Positions 1-13,935 of a stretch of 64,000 bases of DNA are shown one piece after another. This DNA is from Eledone cirrhosa (Eukaryota). Position 1 is the first letter of the stretch. Each line of letters begins with the position of its first letter. The notes under the pieces were generated by a model. It was not told where the DNA came from. It did not search any database and was given only the letters and a program-made list of their open reading frames with translations. Location of the stretch: NCBI GenBank assembly GCA_964016885.1, contig OZ024740.1, forward strand, positions 153,264,001 through 153,328,000. The letters run 5' to 3'. A program made the position numbers and the translations under genes.

Positions 1-1612
1 TTATTCAGGACGTATCGGAGGGTTCTTGTTGTTTCCAGCAAGCATGCTTGTTTGGCGTGTGAAAAAAAGGGTGTTGGACTACTGTTCTTTAACCAGCCTT
101 GAAATCTCTTCGAAATAGTACCTTGTGCTCCTATGAAAATCGGATGGCCTTGATCTCATGACAATCCCAAATACTTTTTTATGGCTACTTTAAATCTTGG
201 TATCGGTTAATTTACTCCTCCTTTTCTTGCACTCTTGTGTCAAAATGGGGCAGGCTTCATCTACAATCAGGTTCGATCTTTTTGCCTTGTTAAAAAGCGC
301 CAGGTCAGGCCTATTGTGTTCTAATTTCTTGTCTGTCTGTATCCTGGAATTCCATAGAACCTCCACTCGATCGTTTTCTATCACCGACTCTGGTTTATGC
401 TCATACCACTTCTCAGAATGTGGTAAACTATTCAGTTTTCGTTAATGCCAGTGAATCACCTTTCCCATTATATCGTGCCTCGAACCTTGATACATCGGAT
501 ACGATATGAGCCAAAGTTTCCTCTCTCCCGCCACAGTTCCTACAGAGTGGACTAGCCTCCTGCTTGTCAATATGGTGTTTCACTCACTTCGTTCTGAGGG
601 CTTGCTCTTGTGCTGCCAGGAGCATTTCCTCTGTAGCTTTCTTAAGGTCTCCACTTTTTAACCAGCTCCATCTCTGTAGATCTCTGAAGTCCGTTTTCTT
701 AAAAAATGCACTATGAAAGGATTTTTTATGAAGGTTGCTCTTCCTCTTTATTGTTACGTCCTCTTTGGACATCCCCTTGTCTATGTTTCCTTCATTAGTA
801 TAATTCGAGCATCGGCTTCCTACTCTCAGACACATATTTGTGCAGTCCGCTCTTCCCCATCTGAACAAAGTCCTCTACAGTGATAAGACCTCTCCCACCT
901 TCAGATCTATTTAAGTAAAGACTATCAACATCACTCCTCGTGTGGAACATGCTGTATGTAGTCATTATCTTCTTAGACTTTCTATCCATTTCTTTTTGTT
1001 CAATACCATTCCATTTCATAATTCCTGCACTGTACCTAATAATAGACACAGCTCGGGAATTTACTGCACTTACGAGATTCCTACTATTTAGATGTGATTT
1101 TAGTATGTTCCTTACTCTCCCTATGTATTCAGATCTTATCAATTCCTTCATTTTATTGATTTTGATATAATCTGCCCCCAGAACACCCAAATATTTGTAT
1201 CTCTCTTCAGTGCCGATTTCCTTTACCTTCTCACTCATTGGTACTTGGATTCCGTTGCTTCTATTCAATTTACCCCTCTTCACCACTAGGACTCCACACT
1301 TATTAGCACCAAATTACATACATATATCATTGCTTAAAATACGGACAGTGTTAAGAAATACATTCAACTCCTCGCTTTTCCCAAATAGTTTTAGATCGTC
1401 CATGAAGAGAAGGTAGATGGTAAGCTCTCCTCTTCTCAGCTTGTATCCTGCTTTCACTTTTCGCAATATGACGGACAAGGGTATGAGGGTAAGGACAAAT
1501 AACAATGGAGACAAACTATCGCCTTTGAAGAAAGCTCTCTTGATATTCATTCCTCCCAAGGATTCTCCTTCTGATGTTTGCTCTGTCTCCCATGACTTCA
1601 TACTATTACTTA
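1..1612 (-). pseudogene. 5'-truncated R4/Dong-like RLE non-LTR retrotransposon fragment, unit 1 (same fragment in all 14 units)
   Basis: Frameshifted pieces: RT motifs GDSLSPLLF, FMDDLKLF, YKYLGV, SEGGRGL; AAQEQALRT; CRxC..ETLAHIVS zinc knuckle; HNRPD RLE motif. Other copies approx 2063-3687, 5262-6957, 7617-9315, 9945-11634, 12085-13710, 15467-17162, 17621-19320, 19983-21677, 22341-24030, 24871-26536, 27212-28907, 29533-31235, 31876-33583. Confidence 0.9.
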
Positions 1613-1792
1613 ATGCACTGGAGTCGTTTTAGTCGACTTCCCCTCCCCTTCAAATTGCTGGCCTTGTGGCTTTAGTAGAAACAATTATTATAACCATGGT
1701 GTCTCTGTAACATTACTTGATATCCATAAGGGTTGGGGTGTACAATACTAACATTACCTAGTTATAATTTAATTTGTTGTTAACATTTTCAG

Positions 1793-1837
1793 GTTATAAA
1801 CCAAAAGGAAAATCTATGTGGGACGATCTGAAAAACG
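1793..1837 (+). CDS. 45-nt phase 1-1 micro-exon, copy 1: (G)YKPKGKSMWDDLKN
   Basis: ttttcag| acceptor, |gtacat donor, length divisible by 3, no stop in phase 1. Confidence 0.75.
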
Positions 1838-1900
1838 GTACATATATTAATGTTTCTTAATACTATTTAAATATAACGGAAGAACATTATATTTGTGATG

Positions 1901-2012
1901 TTCAAATCCTGCCGAGGTTAACTTTGCCTTTCATCCTTACGGGGTCGATAAAATAAAGTATCAGTAATGCACTGAGTAATTGCTGGCCTTGTGCCAAACA
2001 TAGAAACAATTA
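1901..2012 (+). mobile_element. 5'-truncated SINE with 18-bp TSD (duplicate at ~11923-12034)
   Basis: ttcaaatcctgccgagg...gtcgataaaataaagt...tagaaacaatt flanked by attatatttgtgatgttc at 1886-1903 and 2009-2026. Confidence 0.85.
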
Positions 2013-2947
2013 TATTTGTGATGTTCTTCTGAACGAATTGCGAGCAATTTGTCATGTCATTAACTTGTAGCCTCAGATATTCAGGACGTATCGGAGGGTT
2101 CTTGTTGTTTCCAGCAAGCATGCTTGTTTGGCGTGTTAAAAAAAGGGTGTTGGACTACTGTTCTTTAACCAGTCTTGAAATCTCTTCGAAATAGTACCTT
2201 GTGCTCCTATGAAAATCGGATGGCCTTGATCTCATGACAGTCCCAAATACTTTTTAATTACTACTTTAAATCCTGGTATCGGTTAATTTACTCTCTTTTC
2301 TTGCACTCTTGTGTCAAAATGGGGCAAACTACATCTACAATCAGGTTCGATCTTTTTGCCTTGTTAAAAACCGCCAGGTCAGGCCTATTGTGTTCTAATT
2401 TCTTGTCTGTCTGTATTCTGAAATTCCATAGCACCTCCACTCGATCGTTTTCTATCACCGACTCTGGCTTATGCTCATGCCACTTCTCAGAATGTGGTAA
2501 ACTATTCAGTTTTCGTTAATGCCAGTGAATCACCTTTCCCATTATATCGTGCCTCGAACCTTGATACATTGGATACGATGTAAGCCAAAGTTTCCTTTCT
2601 CCCTCCACAGTTCCTACAGAGTGGACTAGCCTCCTGCTTGTCAATATGGTGTTTCACTCACTTCGTTCTGAGGGCTTGCTCTTGTGCTGCCAGTAGCATT
2701 TCCTCTGTAGCTTTCTTAAGGTCTCCTCTTTTTAACCAACTCCATCTGGGTAGATCTCTGAATTCCGTTTTCTTAAAAAAGGTACTATGAAAGGATTTTT
2801 CATGAAGGTTGCTCTTCCTCTTAATTGTTACGTCCTCCTTGGACATCCCTTGTCTACGTTTTCTCCTTCAGGATAATTCGAGCATCGGCTTCCTACTCTC
2901 AGACACATATTTGTGCAGACCACTCTTCCCCATCTGAACACAGTCCT

Positions 2948-3676
2948 CTACGCTGATAAACCTCTTCCACCTTCAGATCTATTTAAGTAAAGTCTATCAA
3001 CATCACTCCTCTTGTGGAACATGGTGTAGGTAGTCATTATCTTCTTAGACTTTCTATCCATTTCTTTTTGTTCAATACCATTCCATTTCATAATTCCCGC
3101 ACTGTACCTAATAATAGACACAGCTCGGGAATTTACTGCACTTATGAGATTCCTACTATTTAGATGTGATTTTAGTATGTTCATTACTCTCCTTATGTAT
3201 TCAGATCTTATCAATTCCTTCATTTTATTGTTCTTGATTTCATCTGCCTCCAGAACACCCAAATATTTGTATCTCTCTTCAGTGACGATTTCCTTTACCC
3301 TCTCACTCATTGGTACTTGGATTCCGTTGCTTCTATTCAATTTACCCCTCTTCACCACTAGGACTCCACACTTATTAGAACCAAATTCCATACATATATC
3401 ATTGCTTAAAATAGGGACAGTTTTAACAAATACATTCAACTCCTCGCTTTTCCCAAATAGTTTTAGATCGTCCATGAAGAGAAGGTTGTAGATGGTAAGC
3501 TCTCCTCTTCCCAGCTTGTATCCTGCTTTCACTATTCGCAATATGAGGGACAAGGGTATGAGGATAAGGACAAACAACAATGGAGACAAACTATCGCCTT
3601 TGAAGAAAGTTCTCTTGATCTTCATTCCTCCCAAGGATTCTCCTTCTGATGTTTGCTCTGTCTCCCATGACTTCAT
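2948..3676 (-). pseudogene. RT C-terminal remnant ORF of the R4-like fragment (242 aa, representative copy)
   Basis: FKGDSLSPLLF...FMDDLKLF...YKYLGV...EGGRGL; lacks the N-terminal RT motifs and is frameshifted before the zinc knuckle. Confidence 0.85.
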
Positions 3677-3867
3677 ACTATTACTTAATGCACTGGAGTC
3701 GTTTTAGTCGAATTCCCCTCCCCTTCAAATTGCTGGCCTTGTGGCTTTAGCAGAAAAAATTATTATAACCATGGTGTCTCTGTAACATTACTTGATATGC
3801 ATAAGGGTTGGGGTGTACAATACTAACATTAGCTAGTTATAATTTAATTTGTTGTTAACATTTTCAG

Positions 3868-3912
3868 GTTATAAACCAAAAGGAAAATCTATGTGGAACG
3901 ATCCTAAAAACG
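3868..3912 (+). CDS. 45-nt micro-exon copy 2: (G)YKPKGKSMWNDPKN
   Basis: Same splice sites; open in phase 1. Confidence 0.75.
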
Positions 3913-4050
3913 GTACATATATTAATGTTTCTTAATACTATTTAAATATAACGGAAGAACATTATATTTGTGATGTTCTTCTGAACGAATTGCGAGCAAT
4001 TTGTAATGTCATTTGCGCCTTTATAATGTTATTTATCATTTTATGTACTA

Positions 4051-4983
4051 CTAGCATTAAAGCCCGGCGCTGCTCGGGTTAGTAAGTTACCAAAGTTAGG
4101 TGGCACCACCCATTTTATGGCAGCACTTTTTTGTCTTCCAGGCACTGGGTGAATGAATTTCAGACCTGGACTGCCGAAGCAGGAGCTGCGCCAGCAGTTA
4201 AAATTGTAGTTTCGCCTATGGATATTATCTCTGTGCAAAGAAGTGTTGAAATTTATTGTTTCACAGTACTTGCGCAACACGCGCGTAGACGATGCCAGCC
4301 GAACAACAGAGCTGCGATGGAGTTGTTCTGCATGGTTGTCTAATGTGTGTTTTCTAAATTTAAAACAGTAGGGAGGGGTGATATATGGGGGAGAGTTAGC
4401 TGCTGTTTCTAGCAGGTTTAGTGAACCCATAGAGTATATTATTGTGTATAGTAAATAAATTGATACTTCTCTCTTCCACGTTCGTTGAGAGATGTTTTAA
4501 AAAAGATTTATCGCTGTTTTTTTGTTGTTGAACACATTTATCTGTTGCTTTTGAATAATTGTTGTTTCGTATGAAATGTAATAATCTTTGTTGTCATTGA
4601 AGTAAATAAATGTTTGACCCTTCCACACTCAAAAACAAACGCTCTCTCTCTCTCTCTCTCTCTTCGGCGTTCCTAAAGGAAGTTTGTAAGTTTAAGCGTA
4701 TATAAGAGAAAGTTGCAGCATGTATGTAGTTTTATCGAATTTTAAGGGGAGTAGAGAGAAGTAAGCAGATTCTATTAGAGGGGTAAAGCGTCATGTATTT
4801 AGTTTTATCGATTATTTCCGTAATTGTGGGTGAGTTTGAAATAAATAAATAGTCGTTGACCTAAGTTAGACAATTTACAACATTCTTACAGACATTCAAT
4901 CGAATCGGTTTGAAATTGTGCAAATGTATAAAATTGAAACATACATACAGACACAAAAATCTGCCTTTTATAGATAATGATGA
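4051..4983 (-). mobile_element. Non-autonomous Helitron (933 bp)
   Basis: Minus strand reads A|TC...hairpin(cccgagcagcgccggg)...CTAG|T; the empty site tgtacta|tacaggc in other units shows A-T insertion with no TSD. Confidence 0.9.
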
Positions 4984-7137
4984 TACAGGCACTTTGGTGA
5001 GTGCACCTGAGCACTGTACATTATAATTTTCATTATTATTAAGGACGGTGGATTGGCAGTATCGGTAGAGAGTCGGACGCCATGCTTTCCAGCATAGTTA
5101 CGTCTTTTATGGTCTGAGATCAAATCCCGCTGAGGTTTACTTTGCGGGGTCGATAAAATAAAGTACTAGTAATGCACTGAGTAATTGCTGGCCTTGTGCC
5201 TAAAGTAGAAACAGTTATTATTATTATTATTGGGTTCAAAGTAGAAACAATTCTTCTTCTTATTGTTTTCTTGGAGTCTCAGTCATTGTTGTTATTTAAC
5301 TGGAAAGTTTGTTCAAACGAACATCAAGCCGCTACTTGTGGCCTCAGATATTCAGGACGTATCGGAGGGTTCTTGTTGTTTCCAGCAAGAATGTTTGTTT
5401 GGCGTGTGAAAAAAAGGGTGTTGGACTACTGTTCTTTAACCAGCCTTGAAATCTCTTCGAAATAGTACCTTGTGCTCCTATGAAAATCGGATGGTGTGAT
5501 CTCATGACAATCCCAAATACTTTTTTATGGCTACTTTAAATCTTGGTATCGGTTAATTTACTCCTCCTTTTCTTGCACTCTTGTGTCAAAATGGGGCAGG
5601 CTTCATCTACAATCAGGTTCGATCTTTTTGCCTTGTTAAAAAGCGCCAGGTCAGGCCTATTGTGTTCTAATTTCTTGTCTGTCTGTATCCTGGAATTCCA
5701 TAGAACCTCTACTCGATCGTTTTCTATCACCGACTCTGGTTTATGCTCATACCACTTCTCAGAATGTGGTAAACTATTCAGTTTTCGTTAATGCCAGTGA
5801 ATCACCTTTCCCATTATATCGTGCCTCGAACCTTGATACATCGGATACGATGTGAGCCAAAGTTTCCTCTCTCCCGCCACAGTTCCTACAGAGTGGACTA
5901 GCCTCCTGCTTGTCAATATGGTGTTTCACTCACTTCGTTCTGAGGGCTTGCTCTTGTGCTGCCAGGAGTATTTCCTCTGTAGCTTTCTTAAGGTCTCCAC
6001 TTTTTAACCAGCTCCATCTCTGTAGATCTCTGAATTCCGTTTTCTTAAAAAATGTACTATGAAAGGATTTTTTATGAAGGTTGCTCTTCCTCTTTATTGT
6101 TACGTCCTCTTTGGACATCCCCTTGTCTATGTTTCCTTCATTAGTATAATTCGAGCATCGGCTCCCTACTCTCAGACACATATTTGTGCAGACCACTCTT
6201 CCCCATCTGAACAAAGTCCTCTACAGTGATAAGACCTCTCCCACCTTCAGATCTATTTAAGTAAAGACTATCAACATCACTCCTCGTGTGGAACATGCTG
6301 TATGTAGTCATTATCTTCTTAGACTTTCTATCCATTTCTTTTTGTTCAATACCATTCCATTTCATAATTCCCGCACTGTACCTAATAATAGACACAGCTC
6401 GGGAATTTACTGCACTTACGAGATTCCTACTATTTAGATGTGATTTTAGTATGTTTCTTACTCTCCCTATGTATTCAGATCTTATCAATTCCTTCATTTT
6501 ATTGATTTTGATATAATCTGCCCCAGAACACCCAAATATTTGTATCTCTCTTCAGTGCCGATTTCCTTTACCTTCTCACTCATTGGTACTTGGATTCCGT
6601 TGCTTCTATTTAATTTACCCCTCTTCACCACTAGGACTCCACACTTATTAGCACCAAATTACATACATATATCATTGCTTAAAATACGGACAGTGTTAAG
6701 AAATACATTCAACTCCTCGCTTTTCCCAAATAGTTTTAGATCGTCCATGAAGAGAAGGTAGATGGTAAGCTCTCCTCTTCTCAGCTTGTATCCTGCTTTC
6801 ACTTTTCGCAATATGAGGGACAAGGGTATGAGGGTAAGGACAAATAACAATGGAGACAAACTATCGCCTTTGAAGAAAGCTCTCTTGATCTTCATTCCTC
6901 CCAAGGATTCTCCTTCTGATGTTTGCTCTGTCTCCCATGACTTCATACTATTACTTAATGCACTGGAGTCGTTTTAGTCGAATTCCCCTCCCCTTCAAAT
7001 TGCTGGCCTTGTGGCTTTAGTAGAAAAAATTATTATAACCATGGTGTCTCTGTAACATTACTTGATATGCATAAGGGTTGGGGTGTACAATACTAACATT
7101 AGCTAGTTATAATTTAATTTGTTGTTAACATTTTCAG

Positions 7138-7182
7138 GTTATAAACCAAAAGGAAAATCTATGTGGAACGATCCTAAAACCG
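7138..7182 (+). CDS. 45-nt micro-exon copy 3: (G)YKPKGKSMWNDPKT
   Basis: Same splice sites; open in phase 1. Confidence 0.75.
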
Positions 7183-7384
7183 GTACATATATTAATGTTT
7201 CTTAATACTATTTAAATATAACGGAAGAACATTATATTTGTGATGTTCTTCTGAACGAATTGCGAGCAATTTGTAATGTCATTTGCGCCTTTATAATGTT
7301 ATTTATCATTTTATGTACTATACAGGCACTTTGGTGAGTGCACCTGAGCACTGTACATTATAATTTTCATTATTATTATTATTA

Positions 7385-7574
7385 AGGGCAGTGGATTATC
7401 AGTATCGGTAGAGAGTCGGGCGCCATGCTTTCCAGCATAGTTACGTCCCTTTATGGTCTGTGTTCAAATCCCGCCGCGGTTTTCGTTGCCTGTCATCCTT
7501 ACGGGGTCGATAAAATAAAGTACTAGTAACGCACTGAGTAATTGCTGGCCTTGTGCCTAAAGTAGAAACAATTA
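7385..7574 (+). mobile_element. tRNA-headed SINE (~190 bp) in the (ATT)n tract of the array spacer; representative copy
   Basis: A-box-like tggcagtatcgg, B-box gagttcaaatcc (family consensus), core gcctttcatcc..ggggtcgataaaataaagtac, ATT tail. Other copies approx 5043-5216, 9743-9932, 15248-15421, 19749-19936, 22105-22295, 24639-24827, 26978-27165, 29336-29524, 31641-31832. Confidence 0.88.
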
Positions 7575-9495
7575 TTGTTATTATTGGGTTCAAATTAGAA
7601 ACAATTCTTCTTCTTATTGTTTTCTTGGAGTCTCAGTCATTGTTGTTATTTAACTGGAAAGTTTGTTCAAATGAACATCAAGCCGCTACTTATAGCCTCA
7701 GATATTCAGGACGTATCGGAGGGTTCTTGTTGTTTCCAGCAAGCATGCTTGTTTGGCGTGTTAAAAAAAGGGTGTTGGACTACTGTTCTTTAACCAGCCT
7801 TCAAATCTCATCGAAATAGTACCTTGTGCTCCTATGAAAATCGGATGGCCTTGATCTCATGACAGTCTCAAATACTTTTTTATTGCTACTTTAAATCTTG
7901 GTATCTGTTAATTTACTCCCCCTTTTCTTGCACTCTTGTGTCAAAATGGGGCAGTCTTCATCTACAATCAGGTTTGATCTTTTTGCCTTCTTAAAAAGCG
8001 CCGGGTCAGGCCTATTATGTTCTAATTTCTTGTCTGTCTGTATCCTGGAATTCCATAGCACCTCCACTCGATCGTTTTCTATCACCGACTCTGGCTTATG
8101 CTCATGCCACTTCTCAGAATGTGGTAAACTATTCAGTTTTCGTTAATGCAAGTGAATCACCTTTCCCATTATATCGTGCTTCGAACCTTGATACATCGGA
8201 TACGATGTGAGCCAAAGATTCCTCTCTCCCGCCACAGTTCCTAAAGAGTGGACTAGCCTCCTGCTTGTCAATATGGTGTTTCACTCAGTTCGTTCTGAGG
8301 GCTTGCTCTTGTGCTGCCAGTAGTATTTCCTCTGTAGCTTTCTTAAGGTCTCCTCTTTTTAACCAGCTCCATCTCTGTAGATCTCTGAATTCCGTTGTCT
8401 TAAAAAAGGTACTATGAAAGGGTTTCTCATGAAGGTGGCTCTTCCTCTTTATTGTTACGTCCTCCTTGGACATGCCCTTGTCTCCGTTTTCTCCTTCAGT
8501 ATAATTCGAGCATCAGCTCCCTACTCTCAGACACATACTTGCGCAGACCGCTCTTCTCCATCTGAACACAGTCATCTACGCTGACAAGACCTCTTCCACC
8601 TTCAGATCTATTTAAGTAAATATATCAACATCACTCCTCTTGTGGAACATGGTGTAGGTAGTCATTATCTTCTTAGACTTTCTATCCATTTCTTTTTGTT
8701 CAATACCATTCCATTTCATAATTCCCGCACTGTACCTAATAATAGACACAGCTCGGGAATTTACTGCACTTATGAGATTCTTATTATTTAGATGTAATTT
8801 TAGTATGTTCCTTACTCTCCCTATGTATTCAGATCTTATCAATTCCTTCATTTTATTGATTTTGATATCATCTGCCCCCAGAACACCCAAATATTTGTAT
8901 CTCTCTTCAGTGTCGATCTCCTTTACCCTCTCCCTCATTGGTACTTGGATTCCGTTGCTTCTATTCAATTTACCCCTCTTCACCACTAGGACTCCACACT
9001 TATTAGCACCAAATTCCATACATATATCATTGCTTAATATACGGACAGTGTTAACAAATACATTCAACTCCTCGCTTTTCCCAAATAGTTTTAGATCGTC
9101 CATGAAGAGAAGGTTGTAGATGGTAAGCTCTCCTCTTCCCAGCTTGTATCCTGCTTTCACTTTTCGCAATATGAGGGACAAGTGTATGAGGGTAAGGACA
9201 AACAACAATGGAGACAAACTATCGCCTTTGAAGAAAGCTCTCTTGATATTCATTCCTCCCAAGGATTCTCCTTCTGATGTTTGCTCTGTCTCCCATGACT
9301 TCATACTATTACTTAATGCACTGGAGTCGTTTTAGTCGACTTCCCTTCCCCTTCAAATTGCTGGCCTTGTGGCTTTAGTAGAAACAATTATTATAACCAT
9401 GGTGTCTCTGTAACATTACTTGATATCGATAAGGGTTGGGGTGTACAATACTAACATTATCTAGTTATAATTTAATTTGTTGTTAACATTTTCAG

Positions 9496-9540
9496 GTTAT
9501 AAACCAAAAGGAAAACCTATGTGGGACGATCCTAAAACCG
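9496..9540 (+). CDS. 45-nt micro-exon copy 4: (G)YKPKGKPMWDDPKT
   Basis: Same splice sites; open in phase 1. Confidence 0.75.
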
Positions 9541-11802
9541 GTACATATATTAATGTTTCTTAATACTATTTAAATATAACGGAAGAACATTATATTTGTG
9601 ATGTTCTTCTGAACGTATTGCGTGCAATTTGTAATGTCATTTACGCCTTTATAATGTTATTTATCATTTTATGTACTATACAGGCACTCTGGTGAATGCA
9701 CCTTAGCACTGTACATTATAATTTTCATTATTATTATTATTAAGGGCGGTGGATTGTCAGTATCGGTAGAAAGTTGGACGCCATGTTTTCCAGCATACTT
9801 ACGTCCCTTTATGGTCTGAGTTCAAATCCCGCCGCGGTTTACTTTGCCTTTCATCCTTATGGGGTCGATAAAATAAAGTACTAGTAATGCACTGAGTAAT
9901 TGCTGGCCTTGTGCCTAAAGTAGAAACAATTATTGTTATTATTGGGTTCTTGGAGTCTCAGTCATTGTTGTTATTTAACTGGAAAGTTTGTTCAAATGTA
10001 CATCAAGCCGCTACTTGTAGCCTCAGATATTCAGGACGTATCGGAGTGTTGTTGTTGTTTCCAGCAAGCATGCACTTTGAAGTGTTCAAAAATGGGGACT
10101 GGAATATTGTTCTTTAACCAGGCTTGAAGTCTCTTCGAAATAGTACCTTGTGCTCCTATGAAAATCGGATGGCCTTGATCTCATGACAATCCCAAATACT
10201 TTTTTATGGCTACTTTAAATCTTGGTATCGGTTAATTTACTCCTCCATTTCTTGCACTCTGCTGTGAAAATGGGGCAGGCTTCATCTACAATCAGGTTCG
10301 ATCCTTTTGCCTTGTCAAAACCCGCCAGGTCAGGCCTATTGTGTTCTAATTACTTGTCTGTCTGTATCCTGAAATTCCATAGAACCTCCACTCGATCGTT
10401 TTCTATCACCGACTCTGGCTTATGCTCATACCACTTCTCAGAATGTGGTAAACTATTCAGTTTTCGTTAATGCCAGTGAACCACCTTTCCCATTATATCG
10501 TGCCTCGAACCTTGATACATCGGATACGATGTGAGCCAAAGTTTCCTCTCTCCCGCCACATTTCCTACAGAGTGGACTAGCCTCCTGCTTGTCAATATGG
10601 TGTTTCACTCCCTTCGTTCTGAGGGCTTGCTCTTGTGCTGCCAGTAGCATTTCCTCTGTAGCTTTCTTAAAGTCTCCTCTTTTTAACCAGCTCCATCTCT
10701 GTAGATCTACGATTTCCGTTTTCTTAAAAAAGGTACTATGAAAGGATTTTTCATGAAGGTTGCTTCTCCTCTTTATTGTTACTTCCTCCTTGGACACCCC
10801 CTTGTCTACGTTTTCTCCTTCAGTATAATTCGAGCATCGGCTTCCTACTCAGACACATATTTGTGCAAACCGCTCTTCTCCACCTGAACACAGTCCTCTA
10901 CGCTGATAAACCTCTTCCACCTTCAGATCTATTTAAGTAAACTCTATCAACAACACTCCTCTTGTGGAACATGGTGTAGGTAGCCATTATCATCTCAGAC
11001 TTTCTATCCATTTCTTTTTGTTCAATACCATTCCATTTCATAATTCCCGCAATGTACCTAATAATAGACACAGCTCGGGAATTTACTGCACTTATGAGAT
11101 TCCTACTATTTAGATCTGATTTTAGTATGTTCCTTACTCTCCTTATGTATTCAGATATTATCAATTCCTTCATTGTATTGTTTTTGATGTCATCTGCCCC
11201 CAGAACACCCAAATATTTGTATCTCTCTTCAGTGCCGATTTCCTTTACCTTCTCACCCATTGGTACTTGGATTCCGTTGCTTCTATTCAATTTACCCCTC
11301 TTTACCACTAGGACTCCACACTTATTAGCACCAAATTCCATACATATATCATTGCTGAAAATACGGACAGTGTTAACAAATACATTCAACTCCTCGCTTT
11401 TCCCAAATAGTTTTAGATCGTCCATGAAGAGAAGGTAGATGGTAAGCTCTCCTCTTCCCAGCTTGTATACTGCTTTTACATTTCGCAATATGAGGGACAA
11501 GGGTATGAGGGTAAGGACAAACAACAATGGAGACAAACTATCGCCTTTGAAGAAAGCTCTCTTGATATTCATTCCTCCCAAGGATTCTCCTTCTGATGTT
11601 TGCTCTGTCTCCCATGACTTCATACTATTACTTAATGCACTGGAGTCGTTTTAGTCGACTTCCCCTCCCCTTCAAATTGCTGGCCTTGTGGCTTTAGTAG
11701 AAACAATTATTATAACCATGGTGTCTCTGTAACATTACTTGATATCCATAAGGGTTGGGGTGTACAATACTAACATTACCTAGTTATAATTTAATTTGTT
11801 GT

Positions 11803-11859
11803 TAGATTTTCCTTTTGGTTTATAACCTGAAAATGTTATGTGGAACGATCTGAAAAACG
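11803..11859 (+). pseudogene. Micro-exon copy 5, destroyed by ~35-bp inversion
   Basis: agattttccttttggtttataacctgaaaatgtt is the reverse complement of the acceptor plus 5' part of the exon; the donor remains. Confidence 0.8.
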
Positions 11860-13890
11860 GTACATATATTAATGTTTCTTAATACTATTTAAATATAACG
11901 GAAGAACATTATATTTGTGATGTTCAAATCCTGCCGAGGTTAACTTTGCCTTTCATCCTTACGGGGTCGATAAAATAAAGTATCAGTAATGCACTGAGTA
12001 ATTGCTGGCCTTGTGCCAAACATAGAAACAATTATATTTGTGATATTCTTCTGAACGAATTGCGAGCAATTTGTAATGTCATTAACTTGTAGCCTCAGAT
12101 ATTCAGGACGTATCAGAGGGTTCTTGTTGTTTCCAGCAAGCATGCTTGTTTGGCGTGTGAAAAAAAGGGTGTTGGACTACTGTTCTTTAACCAGTCTTGA
12201 AATCTCTTCGAAATAGTACCTTGTGCTCCTATGAAAATCGGATGGCCTTGATCTCATGACAGTCCCAAATACTTTTTAATTACTACTTTAAATCCTGGTA
12301 TCGGTTAATTTACTCTCCTTTTCTTGCACTCTTATGTCAAAATGGGGCAGGTATCATCTACAATCAGGTTCGATCTTTTTGCCTTGTTAAAAACCGCCAG
12401 GTCAGGCCTATTGTGTTCTAATTTCTTGTCTGTCTGTATTCTGAAATTCCATAGCACCTCCACTCGATCGTTTTCTATCACCGACTCTGGCTTATGCTCA
12501 TACCACTACTCAGAATGTGGTAAACTATTCAGTTTTCGTTAATGCCAGTGAATCACCTTTCCCATTATATCGTGCCTCGAACCTTGATACATTGGATACG
12601 ATGTAAGCCAAAGTTTCCTTTCTCCCTCCACAGTTCCTACAGAGTGGACTAGCCTCCTGCTTGTCAATATGGTGTTTCACTCACTTCGTTCTGAGGGCTT
12701 GCTCTTGTGCTGCCAGTAGCATTTCCTCTGTAGCTTTCTTAAGGTCTCCTCTTTTTAACCAACTCCATCTGGGTAGATCTCTGAATTCCGTTTTCTTAAA
12801 AAAGGTACTATGAAAGGATTTTTCATGAAGGTTGCTCTTCCTCTTAATTGTTACGTCCTCCTTGGACATCCCTTGTCTACGTTTTCTCCTTCAGGATAAT
12901 TCGAGCATCGGCTTCCTACTCTCAGACACATATTTGTGCAGACCACTCTTCCCCATCTGAACACAGTCCTCTACGCTGATAAACCTCTTCCACCTTCAGA
13001 TCTATTTAAGTAAAGTCTATCAACATCACTCCTCTTGTGGAACATGGTGTAGGTAGTCATTATCTTCTTAGACTTTCTATCCATTTCTTTTTGTTCAATA
13101 CCATTCCATTTCATAATTCCCGCACTGTACCTAATAATAGACACAGCTCGGGAATTTACTGCACTTATGAGATTCCTACTATTTAGATGTGATTTTAGCA
13201 TGTTCATTACTCTCCTTATGTATTCAGATCTTATCAATTCCTTCATTTTATTGTTCTTGATGTCATCTGCCTCCAGAACACCCAAATATTTGTATCTCTC
13301 TTCAGTGACGATTTCCTTTACCCTCTCACTCATTGGTACTTGGATTCCGTTGTTTCTATTCAATTTACCCCTCTTCACCACTAGGACTCCACACTTATTA
13401 GAACCAAATTCCATACATATATCATTGCTTAAAATAGGGACAGTTTTAACAAATACATTCAACTCCTCGCTTTTCCCAAATAGTTTTAGATCGTCCATGA
13501 AGAGAAGGTTGTAGATGGTAAGCTCTCCTCTTCCCAGCTTGTATCCTGCTTTCACTTTTCGCAATATGAGGGACAAGGGTATGAGGGTAAGGACAAACAA
13601 CAATGGAGACAAACTATCGCTTTTGAAGAAAGTTCTCTTGATCTTCATTCCTCCCAAGGATTCTCCTTCTGATGTTTGCTCTGTCTCCCATGACTTCATA
13701 CTATTACTTAATGCACTGGAGTCGTTTTAGTCGAATTCCCCTCCCCTTCAAATTGCTGGCCTTGTGGCTTTAGTAGAAACAATTATTATAACCATGGTGT
13801 CTCTGTAACATTACTTGATATGCATAAGGGTTGGGGTGTACAATACTAACATTAGCTAGTTATAATTTAATTTGTTGTTAACATTTTCAG

Positions 13891-13935
13891 GTTATAAACC
13901 AAAAGGAAAATCTATGTGGAACGATCCTAAAACCG
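13891..13935 (+). CDS. 45-nt micro-exon copy 6: (G)YKPKGKSMWNDPKT
   Basis: Same splice sites; open in phase 1. Confidence 0.75.

Noticed and set aside
3940-4010. Spacer motif read on the minus strand as a PSE+TATA snRNA-type promoter
   Set aside because: No recognisable snRNA follows, and T-runs would end a Pol III transcript almost immediately.
4041-4430. 129-aa ORF inside the Helitron
   Set aside because: No Rep or helicase motifs, and it is frameshifted in the second copy.
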